A stretch of DNA of 64,000 nucleotides. Source: a bacterium (GTDB taxonomy: Bacteria > Patescibacteriota > CPR2 > UBA1875 > JAJYID01). Each line of letters starts with the position of its first letter. Position 1 is the stretch's first letter. Location: positions 24,556-88,555 of the forward strand of contig JAJYLR010000002.1 in assembly GCA_021787535.1 (NCBI GenBank). The letters are read 5' to 3'. The notes under the pieces were generated by a model. That model made no database searches. It saw only the letters and a program-made list of their open reading frames with translations, and was not told where the DNA came from. Of the stretch, positions 8,002-17,829 are shown piece after piece. The position numbers and the translations under genes are program-made.

Positions 8002-10017
8002 GTGTTATATATTTTTAATATGAGGGTGAGTTTATCTGAAAAAGCATTTATAAAGAGATTATCAAAAAAACGGACTGCTCAGGTTCTGCTTCCGTTTTTT
8101 TTGTTAGTAATTTTCCTGGGTGTTGCTATAACCCCGCATATTGCTTTTGCTTCCTGGTGGAATCCCATTGACTGGGTACAGGATTTTATCTCCGATTTGC
8201 TTATTGCCTTTTCTACTGCTCTTTATTTTCTAGGTTTTGGTTTAGTGAGGATAGGCGTCGATTTTACTACCTTCTTGATTAGCACGCCTGCCGTTTCTGA
8301 AAAATGGCAGCTGATGCGAAACTTTACGCTGACCATTTTCGGACTCTTCATAATCATTATCGCCGCCATGAATATCCTGAAAGTCAAGATAGAGGAGTGG
8401 GGAGTAAATAAAATGATCCCCAAGCTTGCTCTGGCTGCCTTTGTGGTCATGTTTTCAAAGTATGTCTGCATTACCATAGTGAACTTCTCTAACATTATCT
8501 CAAGTGTCGTGGCATCCTCAATGAACTTTAATCTCTTTCAGCCATTCAGCCAGTTGGGCGACATGTTTGCCAACTTCTGCCAGGACTGTGCCTCTGGACC
8601 AAAATTATATGCAGCTTGGCTCCTTTTATTGGTCTCTGTAATCGGCTTCATTTTTTTAGCTGCTTTATTCCTTATCTTGCTTATAAGGGCCCTGGTTCTG
8701 ATATTGCTGATTGTAGTCTCGCCACTTGCTTTCGCGCTTTATGTCTTACCCTGGACTAACAAGGTCTTCACTAAGTGGTGGGACATGTTCCTGAAGTGGA
8801 CTTTCTTCTATCCGATATGTCTGACAATTCTTGTCATAGGGGTATCTCTGTCTATGGACGCGCATAATACCGGTGGCAATCAGGTAAACAGTATTATGTC
8901 AGGGATTCTAAAATCGGTACCCTTGTTCGGTAACGATGCTGCGACTCAGATGGCTCCAGTCATGGCCCAATTCGCCTTTACTATGATAGCTTTTCTTACT
9001 ATACCTCTGGCAATGATTCTGCCGCTTTCACTTCTAGGGCAGGCAGGTAAAATGATCAACAATGCAATGAAAGGAGCCGGTAAGGCCGCGGGTGGGAAAG
9101 CATATAAGAGCAGTGTCATCCCCGGTGTCAGACGCAGTCCGAAGGCGTTGCTGCAAGCAGGAATGCGCAGAGGACTTCGGCCGTTTGGCTCCCGCGGCCC
9201 GAAACTCGGCTATGGCTATGACAAGATGCGAGATATGAATAGGGAGATGGTGAAAGAGATTAGTAAGACTCCTTTAAGCAAAGAGGAGAGGCGAAACTAC
9301 GCCAGAGGCCTTTTAGGCCGTGGTTCTCCTGCATTTAATAATCTATCAAACGAGAAACAGGCATGGATTAGGGATTTTGAAACAAAAGGCGGGGGCAGGA
9401 ACGAGATGATAGATTACCTTGCAGACAAAGGGGAAATAAATGCCGGGGTTATTGCGAATCCGCAAGTACAGCAGCGCTTGCAACAAACTGGAGACTGGAA
9501 TAAAGCCATAAGAGACGGTAAGCTTTTCCATGTTAATATGCACGATTCCCAAGGTGGAGAACTACAATATTACGGCAATGGAGATCCAATCATGATGCCA
9601 ACTAATCTAAATGAAGAAGGTCTCGGTCCAGTATCTGAAATGATTACCCCCAGCATTAATCAACTTCAGACCACCCAGCTAGCTGGACCGCAAGCCATAA
9701 CAGATGAAAACCTAGGACTTCTTGCCCGCGATCCTACCAAAGCCAAGTTTTTGTCAGATTATCGAGATTCTATTCATGATAGAATTGGAAATGTCCAAGA
9801 TGGTGATGTGCATCAACAAACAGCGGCTCAAATAAACGCTGAACTTCAAAGAAAGGAAAATGTCATCAACAACCTTCTTGGGCAAGCAGCACCGGGCGGA
9901 GGACAGGGACAAGGCGGTCAAGCGCAAGGACAACCTCAAGTGATAGTTCCTCATGTTGGACAAGGAAATCGCGATAACCCCCATCAGGATGATATCCCGC
10001 CAAACAGAAGATTATAA
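8002..10017 (+). CDS. VirB6/TrbL-like polytopic membrane protein with Gly/Gln-rich C-terminal tail
   Basis: At least 6 predicted TM helices, large hydrophilic C-terminal extension ending in GQGQGGQAQGQ low complexity. Position between pilins and VirB3/VirB4. Confidence 0.5.
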   Translation: MLYIFNMRVSLSEKAFIKRLSKKRTAQVLLPFFLLVIFLGVAITPHIAFASWWNPIDWVQDFISDLLIAFSTALYFLGFGLVRIGVDFTTFLISTPAVSEKWQLMRNFTLTIFGLFIIIIAAMNILKVKIEEWGVNKMIPKLALAAFVVMFSKYVCITIVNFSNIISSVVASSMNFNLFQPFSQLGDMFANFCQDCASGPKLYAAWLLLLVSVIGFIFLAALFLILLIRALVLILLIVVSPLAFALYVLPWTNKVFTKWWDMFLKWTFFYPICLTILVIGVSLSMDAHNTGGNQVNSIMSGILKSVPLFGNDAATQMAPVMAQFAFTMIAFLTIPLAMILPLSLLGQAGKMINNAMKGAGKAAGGKAYKSSVIPGVRRSPKALLQAGMRRGLRPFGSRGPKLGYGYDKMRDMNREMVKEISKTPLSKEERRNYARGLLGRGSPAFNNLSNEKQAWIRDFETKGGGRNEMIDYLADKGEINAGVIANPQVQQRLQQTGDWNKAIRDGKLFHVNMHDSQGGELQYYGNGDPIMMPTNLNEEGLGPVSEMITPSINQLQTTQLAGPQAITDENLGLLARDPTKAKFLSDYRDSIHDRIGNVQDGDVHQQTAAQINAELQRKENVINNLLGQAAPGGGQGQGGQAQGQPQVIVPHVGQGNRDNPHQDDIPPNRRL

Positions 10018-10048
10018 ATCTCTCCGGTTAACTATTTAAAATGAAGAC

Positions 10049-10711
10049 ATGCAGTACAAAATACCTCAAGAGTTTAACGTCGAAGACAAGATAATCGGTC
10101 CCTTTACTTTAAAGGGATTCGGTTTCATTTTCGCTGCAGCCGTCGTAGCTTTAGTATGCGTCGTTTCTCTGTCAAAGCATATCGGCTTCATACCTTCCGT
10201 TTTGATTGGCGCACTCTTGGGCTCGGTCTTTATAATCGTCGGATTTATCCCCTTCAACGGCCGGCCGATGTATACCTTCGCATCACCCTTTATAAACTTT
10301 TTGATAAAGCCGAGACAAAGGGTCTGGAGAAGAGAGGTTGAGACGGCTAAAAAACCTCAAACAGCTAATAAACCCGCAGCAACAACCGAAGCAAAACCGG
10401 GTAATACACCGGCAAAAGCAGATGTCTCATCAATTGCAGAAAAGATCGAAGACATCGCTCTCACAGTAGACACCGGCGGAGCATATGCCGGGAGCCAGGC
10501 GGAAACAGCAGGTGATATCCTAGAGAAAGGAAGTCCTACTGTAGAGCAGGCGCTTCAGAAAGCGCAGGCCGAGGCTAGCCGAAAGAAACAGCGGCCAGAA
10601 CCGGCCATATCAGAAATGGCTAGCGTAGATCCGGACAAAAAGTTCGGCTATGAGCGTCCAGATACTTCAAAATATAAAATTGATGAGGAGTTAAAAAAGA
10701 ACAGGCAATGA
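10049..10711 (+). CDS. VirB3/PrgI-like small membrane protein
   Basis: Two N-terminal TM helices immediately upstream of VirB4. Hydrophilic Ala/Lys/Glu-rich C-terminus. Confidence 0.45.
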   Translation: MQYKIPQEFNVEDKIIGPFTLKGFGFIFAAAVVALVCVVSLSKHIGFIPSVLIGALLGSVFIIVGFIPFNGRPMYTFASPFINFLIKPRQRVWRREVETAKKPQTANKPAATTEAKPGNTPAKADVSSIAEKIEDIALTVDTGGAYAGSQAETAGDILEKGSPTVEQALQKAQAEASRKKQRPEPAISEMASVDPDKKFGYERPDTSKYKIDEELKKNRQ

Positions 10712-11457
10712 ATCCTTTTAAGAAAAAACAAACTGGGGCAAACCCGCAGTCATTCGAAAGCACCCAGAAGTACCTGGCCATCGACCAGATTAAAGACGAT
10801 GTTTTGCTAATGAAAGACGGCTCTTTGAGAGGTGTGCTTATGGTTTCCAGCATTAATATGTCTCTGCGCTCGGAACAAGAACAGTCATCAATCATTTATG
10901 CCTATCAAAACGCTTTAAATTCTTTGGATTTTCCTGTACAAATCCTAGTGCAATCAAGAAAAGTTGATCTCACCTCCTACATGGCGATACTGGAAAAAGA
11001 ATATGAGAAGGAGGCGCCCGGACTTTTGAAAGATCAGATTCAAGAATACATTAGCTTCCTGCAGCAGATCTTGGAAAGCGTCAATGTCATGGACAAACGT
11101 TTTTTCGTGACAGTTCCATACTTTCCCAATGTCATTCAGGAAAGCTCAAAAGGCGTACTTTCTATAGTGGGTTTAGGGAAAAAGGCGAACCCCGTCTCCC
11201 AAAGCCAGCGCAACTACAGTATAAACCTTGACCAGTTAAACCAGAGGTTGGATATCGTTACCTCCCTTCTTTCCACTATAGAGCTAAAAGCATCGCGCCT
11301 GCCTACAGAGGCCCTTATAGAGCTTTTTTACGTCTGCTACAATCCTGAAACAGCCGGCCATGAGCATATAAAAAATCTGGACAGCTTTGGGGCAAAGTAC
11401 ATTACAAGGAGAGAATCGCTTGGAGGTAATACGATAGGTGGCGGGTATGCTGGATAA
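10708..11457 (+). CDS. VirB4/TrbE-family ATPase, N-terminal domain fragment (frame 1)
   Basis: Pattern YLAIDQIKDDVLLMKDGSLRGVLMVSSIN..SEQEQ resembles the VirB4 N-terminal region. Overlaps the next ORF by 20 nt in a different frame. Confidence 0.5.
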   Translation: MNPFKKKQTGANPQSFESTQKYLAIDQIKDDVLLMKDGSLRGVLMVSSINMSLRSEQEQSSIIYAYQNALNSLDFPVQILVQSRKVDLTSYMAILEKEYEKEAPGLLKDQIQEYISFLQQILESVNVMDKRFFVTVPYFPNVIQESSKGVLSIVGLGKKANPVSQSQRNYSINLDQLNQRLDIVTSLLSTIELKASRLPTEALIELFYVCYNPETAGHEHIKNLDSFGAKYITRRESLGGNTIGGGYAG

Positions 11458-13240
11458 GTTTCTGAAGAAGAGCCAGCCAACCCAGGAAGAGATCCTTGCC
11501 ACGCAAAAGGTGCAGGCCTTCCAGCGGGGAATAAGCACAATACGCGATCTTATAGCCCCTGCTTCATTTGCAAAAAACTTTAACTATCTGCAGATTGGGG
11601 AAACATATGCCAGAACTCTCTTCGTATATGAATATCCCAGATTTTTGTATTCCGGCTGGATATCTCCCATTATTAATATTGACATTCGACTTGATCTTTC
11701 AATATTTATCTATCCTGAAGATTCCCAGGATGTGGCCAAAAAACTGCGCGCCAAATCCACTCAAGTAGAATCCTCGATCAATATGGAGGCAGATAAAGGG
11801 CTGGCGAGAAATCCCACGCTTGAAGCGACTTATCAGGATATCGAGGAACTGAGAGACAAACTTCTCACCGGACAGTCCAAAATGTTCAAACAGGGTATGT
11901 ATATCACGGTTTACGAAGACTCGCTGGACGAGCTGAACGAATGCACAAAGATTTTGGAAAATATGCTTGGAACAGAAATGGTTTTTACCAAGCATGCTTC
12001 CCTTCAAATGGAGGAGGGTTTTAACTCCACGCTGCCAATGGGGCTGGATCAGCTCATGTACAATCGCAATATGGACACAGAGGCAATCTCCGTATCTTTT
12101 CCTTTTGTTTCATCGACTTTAACCAGTAACGAGGGTATTCTCTACGGAGCCAACAAGTCAAACAACAGTTTAATTATCTTCGACCGCTTTAAGCTGCAAA
12201 ACTACAATTCCGTTGTTCTGGCTTCCTCGGGAGCAGGAAAATCATATACAGTGAAGCTGGAGATATTAAGACAGCTTATGTTTGACGCGGATGTTATAGT
12301 GATTGACCCTGAAAAAGAGTTTGAAACTTTATGCCAAACTGTTGGCGGATCATATATAAATATCCATTTGAATTCAAAGGAGGTCGTAAATCCTTTCGAC
12401 CTACCCCAAAATCTGACCGATTATGATGACCAAAAAGATGCCCTCCGAAGCAATATCATTATTCTGACGGGGCTCCTTAGAGTTATGATGGGCAAACTCA
12501 CAGATGAGGAAAGCAATATCCTGGACAAGGCGCTGGTGGAAACATATGCTTCGAAGGGTATAACAGAAGATCCGTCAACCCATCACCTGACTCCGCCTAT
12601 CATGAGCGATTTAAAGAGTATCTTAGAAAGCATAAACGGAGGCGAGAGTATGGCCCTTCGCCTGGGCAAATTCACGGAAGGGACATTCTCGGGTCTCTTT
12701 AATGATTACACCAACATTTCGCTGGGCAATAGGATGGTCTGCTTTTCTATCCGAGACCTGGAAGAGGATTTGAGGCCGATTGCCATGTATTCCATACTGA
12801 ACTTCATCTGGAATAAGGTTAAAAGCGATAAGAAAAAAAGAATTCTGGTGGTTGATGAGGCCTGGACTATGATGAAATATGAAGACTCGGCCCAATTCCT
12901 TTACGCCATAGCAAAAAGAGGCAGAAAATATTACCTGGGCATGACTACTATCGGCCAGGACATCGGCGACTTTTTAAAGAGCGAGTACGGGAAACCTTTG
13001 ATTTCAAACGCTTCAATGGCTCTGCTTTTGAAGCAGCATCCTTCGCAGGTTGAGCTTATTAAAGAAGTATTCGACCTAACAGATTCTGAGAAAAACTATC
13101 TGCTGCAATGCGGAGTCGGTGAAGGGCTTTTTGTCGCCGGGCTAAACCATGCTCTAATACAAATCATCAGTTCGGAAAAAGAAGACTCAATCGTCACTAC
13201 TAATCCCGAGCAGTTAAAATCAATGCAGGGAGGAGCTTAA
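11438..13240 (+). CDS. VirB4/TrbE/CagE-family T4SS ATPase (C-terminal 600 aa, frame 2)
   Basis: Walker A LASSGAGKSYTVK, Walker B ILVVDEAWTMM, IAPASF..IGETYARTLFV segment typical of the family. Confidence 0.8.
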   Translation: MAGMLDKFLKKSQPTQEEILATQKVQAFQRGISTIRDLIAPASFAKNFNYLQIGETYARTLFVYEYPRFLYSGWISPIINIDIRLDLSIFIYPEDSQDVAKKLRAKSTQVESSINMEADKGLARNPTLEATYQDIEELRDKLLTGQSKMFKQGMYITVYEDSLDELNECTKILENMLGTEMVFTKHASLQMEEGFNSTLPMGLDQLMYNRNMDTEAISVSFPFVSSTLTSNEGILYGANKSNNSLIIFDRFKLQNYNSVVLASSGAGKSYTVKLEILRQLMFDADVIVIDPEKEFETLCQTVGGSYINIHLNSKEVVNPFDLPQNLTDYDDQKDALRSNIIILTGLLRVMMGKLTDEESNILDKALVETYASKGITEDPSTHHLTPPIMSDLKSILESINGGESMALRLGKFTEGTFSGLFNDYTNISLGNRMVCFSIRDLEEDLRPIAMYSILNFIWNKVKSDKKKRILVVDEAWTMMKYEDSAQFLYAIAKRGRKYYLGMTTIGQDIGDFLKSEYGKPLISNASMALLLKQHPSQVELIKEVFDLTDSEKNYLLQCGVGEGLFVAGLNHALIQIISSEKEDSIVTTNPEQLKSMQGGA

Positions 13241-13243
13241 GCA

Positions 13244-15124
13244 ATGGCTGCGGAGCTGCAAGAACCAGAGGAACTGGAAGAAGAGCCCCAAGAAGATGAA
13301 GGGCTTGGCGACACCGTCCGTGATGCGGATCAGGACTTTAAAAATCTAAACAAGTTCAGAAATAAGGGCAAGGGAGGAGAAGGCGCATCAGATGCCGCAA
13401 AGGGTGGAGCAAAAGCTGCCGGAAAAGAAGGAGCTGAACTGGCCGCTGAAGAAGAAGCAGCCCACATAGCCGAAAAAAGGGTGGCAGCTGAGGCAGCGGC
13501 AAGGTTAGGGGCGGAGGCCATCGGCGCGATTTCAACCGGGGTTGGAGTGGTGCTTGCTATTCCCGATCTTGTCCGGCTGGCAAAAAGCAAGTGGGGGAAG
13601 ATAACAATTGGTTCCTGCTGTGTTTGTGCGTGTTTGCCGTTTGCAGGAATATTGTTTGGCGGCATGATCTTGATTGCCGCCATTGGTGGTGGCCAAAGCG
13701 GAGACTCTAACAATCAATGCCCTTATATTCGCAGTGATGGAGAGGTGATCGAAGATTGGAGTTATGAGTTGGTAGATGGTAACAAAGAGAATTATAAAAC
13801 TGCCCTCCAAGATGCTGAAGCAATTACACATGTACCCGCTGCTATTCTGGCAGCTATTGATTATGAAAAGTACGCTAACGGTTATCAAGACGATAGAGAT
13901 AATCCACACAGAAGTCATGAACAAGCATTAATTGAGATAGGCAAAAAGGTACAGGAAACAAATGAATTGAGAGATAAATCGACAGGCAAGCTAGTTCTTG
14001 ATGAGAATGGAAAGCCCATAGATACCGTCTGGACTGATTCGGTTAGCAAAGATAACCCCAATATTGCCACTGGAATAGCTATCTTATCAAACTATCGATG
14101 CCCTGAGGTGGCAGAATCCTTGGCAGATCAAGCTAACCCACCCATAGCCGGGAATCAAAAAAATGAGTTCATAAATGAGTTTTGTTATTCATCCAAAGGG
14201 GGACCGGGTAACAGCACCTATACAGCAATGGACGATGATTGGATCATGCGAGATTTTGTTGACGATTCAGTAGCTGGTGAAATTCAAAAATTAAATCCTG
14301 TGCAGTCGGTTCCTTACTTAGGCACCTTTGTGGGAGGCGTTTTAAAGGGAGTGTCCACAGCTAAACAATTACTTGACTCATTGGCAAACGTGCCGGGAGC
14401 AGTTTGGTCTGCAAAATGCCACATAGGAGTAGGAAATTGCGAAACACCAGAGATTGGCGCGGCTACATGGCTAAAGGTATATCTTGATGGCGATGAACTG
14501 ATAAAGAGCCACACAGTAACAGAAAATGGGAAAAAGAAGACCATTCCAGGATGTCCTATCAAGAAATGGACGGGTGGCAGTAGCAACGGTTCTCCAAGTT
14601 CAGGTAGTCCAGGCCAATGCGTTAACGGCATTGCCCAAGTTCCCGAGTTTTTCCAATTTTCTCCACCCTGGGCATCTATACCTATAGATGAGTCGGGAGA
14701 CAACGTCCGAGCAGGCGGTTGCGGACTCACTTCACTGACAATGGTGTTAAACTGGTATGGCAAAGGTGTTACACCGGCCGATACTATTACTTGGCTGGAT
14801 GCCAATCCCCCTGTTTGCTATTCAGGTGGCTGGACCGGCTGCATGTATCCAAAAGTAGCACAACACTGGGGTATGAATGCCGGATTTAATACCATAGGAT
14901 GGGCAGAGGCAGAACAAAAACTTAGGAACTGCCAACCTGTTATTGTGGCAAATAATAGCGGCAGTTGGGCTTATACATGGCATTTAGTGGTTCTAACAGG
15001 AATTGACAGCAACAACAATGTCCATGTTAACGATCCGTTTCCTCGGGATATGAAAACTGGCCAATACACCGTGCCTCTTGATACAATAAAATCAACCATA
15101 GGAAATATCATCGATGTATACTGA
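13244..15124 (+). CDS. membrane-anchored cell-wall hydrolase with C39-like papain-fold cysteine peptidase domain (VirB1/PrgK functional analogue)
   Basis: Acidic N-terminus, TM helices, C-terminal GGCGLTSLTMVLNWYG (Cys nucleophile) and WHLVVLTGID..VHVNDP (His/Asp). Confidence 0.55.
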   Translation: MAAELQEPEELEEEPQEDEGLGDTVRDADQDFKNLNKFRNKGKGGEGASDAAKGGAKAAGKEGAELAAEEEAAHIAEKRVAAEAAARLGAEAIGAISTGVGVVLAIPDLVRLAKSKWGKITIGSCCVCACLPFAGILFGGMILIAAIGGGQSGDSNNQCPYIRSDGEVIEDWSYELVDGNKENYKTALQDAEAITHVPAAILAAIDYEKYANGYQDDRDNPHRSHEQALIEIGKKVQETNELRDKSTGKLVLDENGKPIDTVWTDSVSKDNPNIATGIAILSNYRCPEVAESLADQANPPIAGNQKNEFINEFCYSSKGGPGNSTYTAMDDDWIMRDFVDDSVAGEIQKLNPVQSVPYLGTFVGGVLKGVSTAKQLLDSLANVPGAVWSAKCHIGVGNCETPEIGAATWLKVYLDGDELIKSHTVTENGKKKTIPGCPIKKWTGGSSNGSPSSGSPGQCVNGIAQVPEFFQFSPPWASIPIDESGDNVRAGGCGLTSLTMVLNWYGKGVTPADTITWLDANPPVCYSGGWTGCMYPKVAQHWGMNAGFNTIGWAEAEQKLRNCQPVIVANNSGSWAYTWHLVVLTGIDSNNNVHVNDPFPRDMKTGQYTVPLDTIKSTIGNIIDVY

Positions 15125-15674
15125 TAGAAAAATTTTGCTTCTCGCCGGCCTGTCTGTTTTTATGATTCTGTTTTTAGTGTTTTCTATCATATTTTCAAGA
15201 GTAAAAAATCTGGAAATAACAACAAGTCCAAGCGGTGCGAGTTATAGCATTCAAGGCGATTCATCGGGTACAACACCTGTAAAACTCCGGCTCTCACCGG
15301 GCAAGCATATAATTAAAATAACAAAGGGTTCCTACAAAACGATCAATGCTAATATAAATATCCCCTTCTGGGGCTTTCAGAAAATACACTATGATTTGGA
15401 ATACAATGGGCCTAAAAAATCCGATACGCAAACCTCTCTCCAAGAAAGAATTGACACGCGTGAAAAATATAATCATGATTTTCCATTCGCAAAGTATCTA
15501 CCCTTTCATGGAAATAACTTTTACATGACGCCGCCCTCCAATGACGGCACGCTTAATATATATTACAGCCCAACCAATGAAGCGCAAGGAAAAGCTGAGG
15601 CCGAGACGTGGCTTCAGCAGCATCAAGTTAATACAGCTAATCTAAAGATCAATTGGCTTCCAGGTGTAGAATAG
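15114..15674 (+). CDS. PEGA domain membrane protein
   Basis: N-terminal TM plus ITTSPSGASYSIQGDSSGTTPVKLRLSPGKHIIKITKGSYK, a PEGA-like beta-sandwich motif. Confidence 0.45.
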   Translation: MYTDRKILLLAGLSVFMILFLVFSIIFSRVKNLEITTSPSGASYSIQGDSSGTTPVKLRLSPGKHIIKITKGSYKTINANINIPFWGFQKIHYDLEYNGPKKSDTQTSLQERIDTREKYNHDFPFAKYLPFHGNNFYMTPPSNDGTLNIYYSPTNEAQGKAEAETWLQQHQVNTANLKINWLPGVE

Positions 15675-15703
15675 TTATAATAAAAATATAAAGGAGAGTC
15701 TCA

Positions 15704-16975
15704 TTGTATTCACCAATTGAAAATAAAAAAGAAAAAGTGGAATTCCTAGTAGCATTTTTTATAACTTTTCTTTTTATTTTTATTCCATTGACAATAACAT
15801 TTGCTGGTAATACAAAAAGGTTTTTCTCTACCCCACCCGGTGCTTTAAATCTGGATCAATGTAATGGACCTTGGGCTGTAACGTTCAGCGATAAAACAGA
15901 TGATCCCAATGTTAAGAGTGACGCTGCAATAGAAAAAAACAAGAGAAAACTCGCTGATGCTATAAACGCCGAGATTGCCAAATTCCCTAAGTCTAAGTTT
16001 TTAAAGACAAACGGCGGACTAGATGATCCGGGTAAAGCTTTTGTTGATGCCAGTATCGAAAATAATATCAACCCTATACTTTTAGTGGCTATGGCTTACA
16101 CCAATTCGGATATGGCGAGTACGACGAATGCGGCCCTGAAATGCGGCAACCCATGGGGCCAGCAGCCCATAACCGGCAAACCAACCTGTCAGACTAATGA
16201 TGGTGGCCAAACCCTTTCATGGTATGAATATAACAAAGATCATCAGTATAATGAGGGCATGATTGGCGATGAGGCAAAGAGAGTTTTTCAAACATATCTG
16301 AACCAGACCGACTGGAACCCGCCACTTATCACTCTGGATGATTTCGTACAAAGATATGACGAGAAAAATCCTTGGAGAGAAATGGGCGTGCCAGATCAAA
16401 GTAAATCAATCGCAGACAACTATAAAACTGTTTACAATGACATATTAACATCAAAGAATGGGAAAGATACCCTTGTGTGCTCTCAGAGTGGAAATGGTGG
16501 GGGGGATTTAGCAAATGCCGACTCCCTGAGCGTCAAAGGCATAGAATGTGTTCTAGATGCAACAGGCCATGGCTACAATCTAAAGCCTTATGCTCAGGAT
16601 TTGTATAAAGCTGCTCATGATTTTCATGTTAACCCCCTTTATTCCCTTGCGCAATTTGATAAGGATAGTTCCCTAGGTACAGCAGGAGCCGGCCTCGACA
16701 ATAAAAATCCAGGAAATATAGGTTGCGACCAAGGATACACCACAGGAGCTGGTGTGCAATACAGCTGTGCTGACTTTGCCGTTTTTAATACCTTTGGTGA
16801 TGGAATGAGGGCTCACAACTGGTTAATCAGAACTGAATATCTAGATCAGGGACTTACCACAATTGAAGCCATTATCAACAAGTATGCCCCTCCTAGTGCA
16901 AATGACACCAACCAATATATTCAAGATGTGAAAGATTTTATGAGTAAATATGGGCCAATGTGTTCCGGCCAATAA
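15704..16975 (+). CDS. membrane-anchored glucosaminidase/muramidase-like peptidoglycan hydrolase (two repeats)
   Basis: N-terminal TM. Two segments with an L-L-h-A-x-A..NS..S pattern (NPILLVAMAYTNSDMAS; NPLYSLAQFDKDSSLG) reminiscent of the FlgJ-type glucosaminidase domain. Confidence 0.4.
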   Translation: MYSPIENKKEKVEFLVAFFITFLFIFIPLTITFAGNTKRFFSTPPGALNLDQCNGPWAVTFSDKTDDPNVKSDAAIEKNKRKLADAINAEIAKFPKSKFLKTNGGLDDPGKAFVDASIENNINPILLVAMAYTNSDMASTTNAALKCGNPWGQQPITGKPTCQTNDGGQTLSWYEYNKDHQYNEGMIGDEAKRVFQTYLNQTDWNPPLITLDDFVQRYDEKNPWREMGVPDQSKSIADNYKTVYNDILTSKNGKDTLVCSQSGNGGGDLANADSLSVKGIECVLDATGHGYNLKPYAQDLYKAAHDFHVNPLYSLAQFDKDSSLGTAGAGLDNKNPGNIGCDQGYTTGAGVQYSCADFAVFNTFGDGMRAHNWLIRTEYLDQGLTTIEAIINKYAPPSANDTNQYIQDVKDFMSKYGPMCSGQ

Positions 16976-16989
16976 GGAGGTAAAACTAA

Positions 16990-17508
16990 ATGAGAGATAA
17001 AAAAATAATTATTTTATTGTTAGTTATAGGAGCTTTTATAATTATATTCTTATTTGCACTCATTTTTTTGCACCCCAAAAGAAACACTCCCCAAAAACCC
17101 AGTAACAGTTCAGCTACCCAACAAAGAAGTCCTGAGGAAATATTTGCAGAGGATTTTGTAAAGAAATTTGTTACATATAGCTACCAAGATACTTCTAACT
17201 ATATACCACAGCTAACCCCATATATAGCGCCGAAATACCTAGCCAATTTTCAAAAAAGATTCAGATTACCTAAAAATATAACACCGGACATAAGGAATAA
17301 TTATAGTAAATATCAGTCAACCATTCAGGTACTAACTTTGGCAAAAAGCGATTCCAGACAAACGATATATGTTGAGTATGTTGCTTCAAAAGTTGATGCC
17401 CCTAATCGCCCCCAAGAATTCAAGGACACAAATGCAGTAACAGTTGTATTAGACAAGATTAATGGCAAATTTTTAATTACCGCTGTAGATTTTTCCACTC
17501 CCCAATAG
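16990..17508 (+). CDS. membrane-anchored protein, unknown (possible VirB8-like)
   Basis: Single N-terminal TM plus about 140 aa extracytoplasmic domain. Last gene of the T4SS-like cluster. Assignment speculative. Confidence 0.3.
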   Translation: MRDKKIIILLLVIGAFIIIFLFALIFLHPKRNTPQKPSNSSATQQRSPEEIFAEDFVKKFVTYSYQDTSNYIPQLTPYIAPKYLANFQKRFRLPKNITPDIRNNYSKYQSTIQVLTLAKSDSRQTIYVEYVASKVDAPNRPQEFKDTNAVTVVLDKINGKFLITAVDFSTPQ

Positions 17509-17829
17509 CGGCTCAATCACAAATACTATTCTCAGTTCTCCACTTTGAAGCTCTATTTGCCGTAGATTAATCTCTTGGGCCCAGGCGCTTGAGGTAACGG
17601 CGACTTTTAATATTCCGTCGCGGAATGAGATTGCTCTTACGTTCCTTTGCCCCTTTTCTCCAAAAACTTCCATAATAGTCCTGTCAAACTCCTCACAAAT
17701 CATAGCAGCATCAACCTGTTTTTTGATGCCAAGCTGGCTGAGGCGCTTGGCAAAAATATCCCCCAAGTTACCGGTACTGGAATTTGGAATAGGAGTATTG
17801 GATTTTGAATTTTGGGGATTGTTTTTCAC
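17473..17829 (-). CDS. dciA: DUF721/DciA-like protein
   Basis: Pattern ..AAMICEEFDRTIMEVFG.. and conserved position downstream of recF. ATGA overlap with recF. Confidence 0.6.
   Translation of the reverse strand: MKNNPQNSKSNTPIPNSSTGNLGDIFAKRLSQLGIKKQVDAAMICEEFDRTIMEVFGEKGQRNVRAISFRDGILKVAVTSSAWAQEINLRQIELQSGELRIVFVIEPLLGSGKIYSGN

Noticed and set aside
9850-10017. GQGQGGQAQGQ low-complexity at the VirB6-like C-terminus as a possible repeat element
   Set aside because: This is in-frame protein low complexity inside a CDS, not a DNA-level mobile or tandem element.
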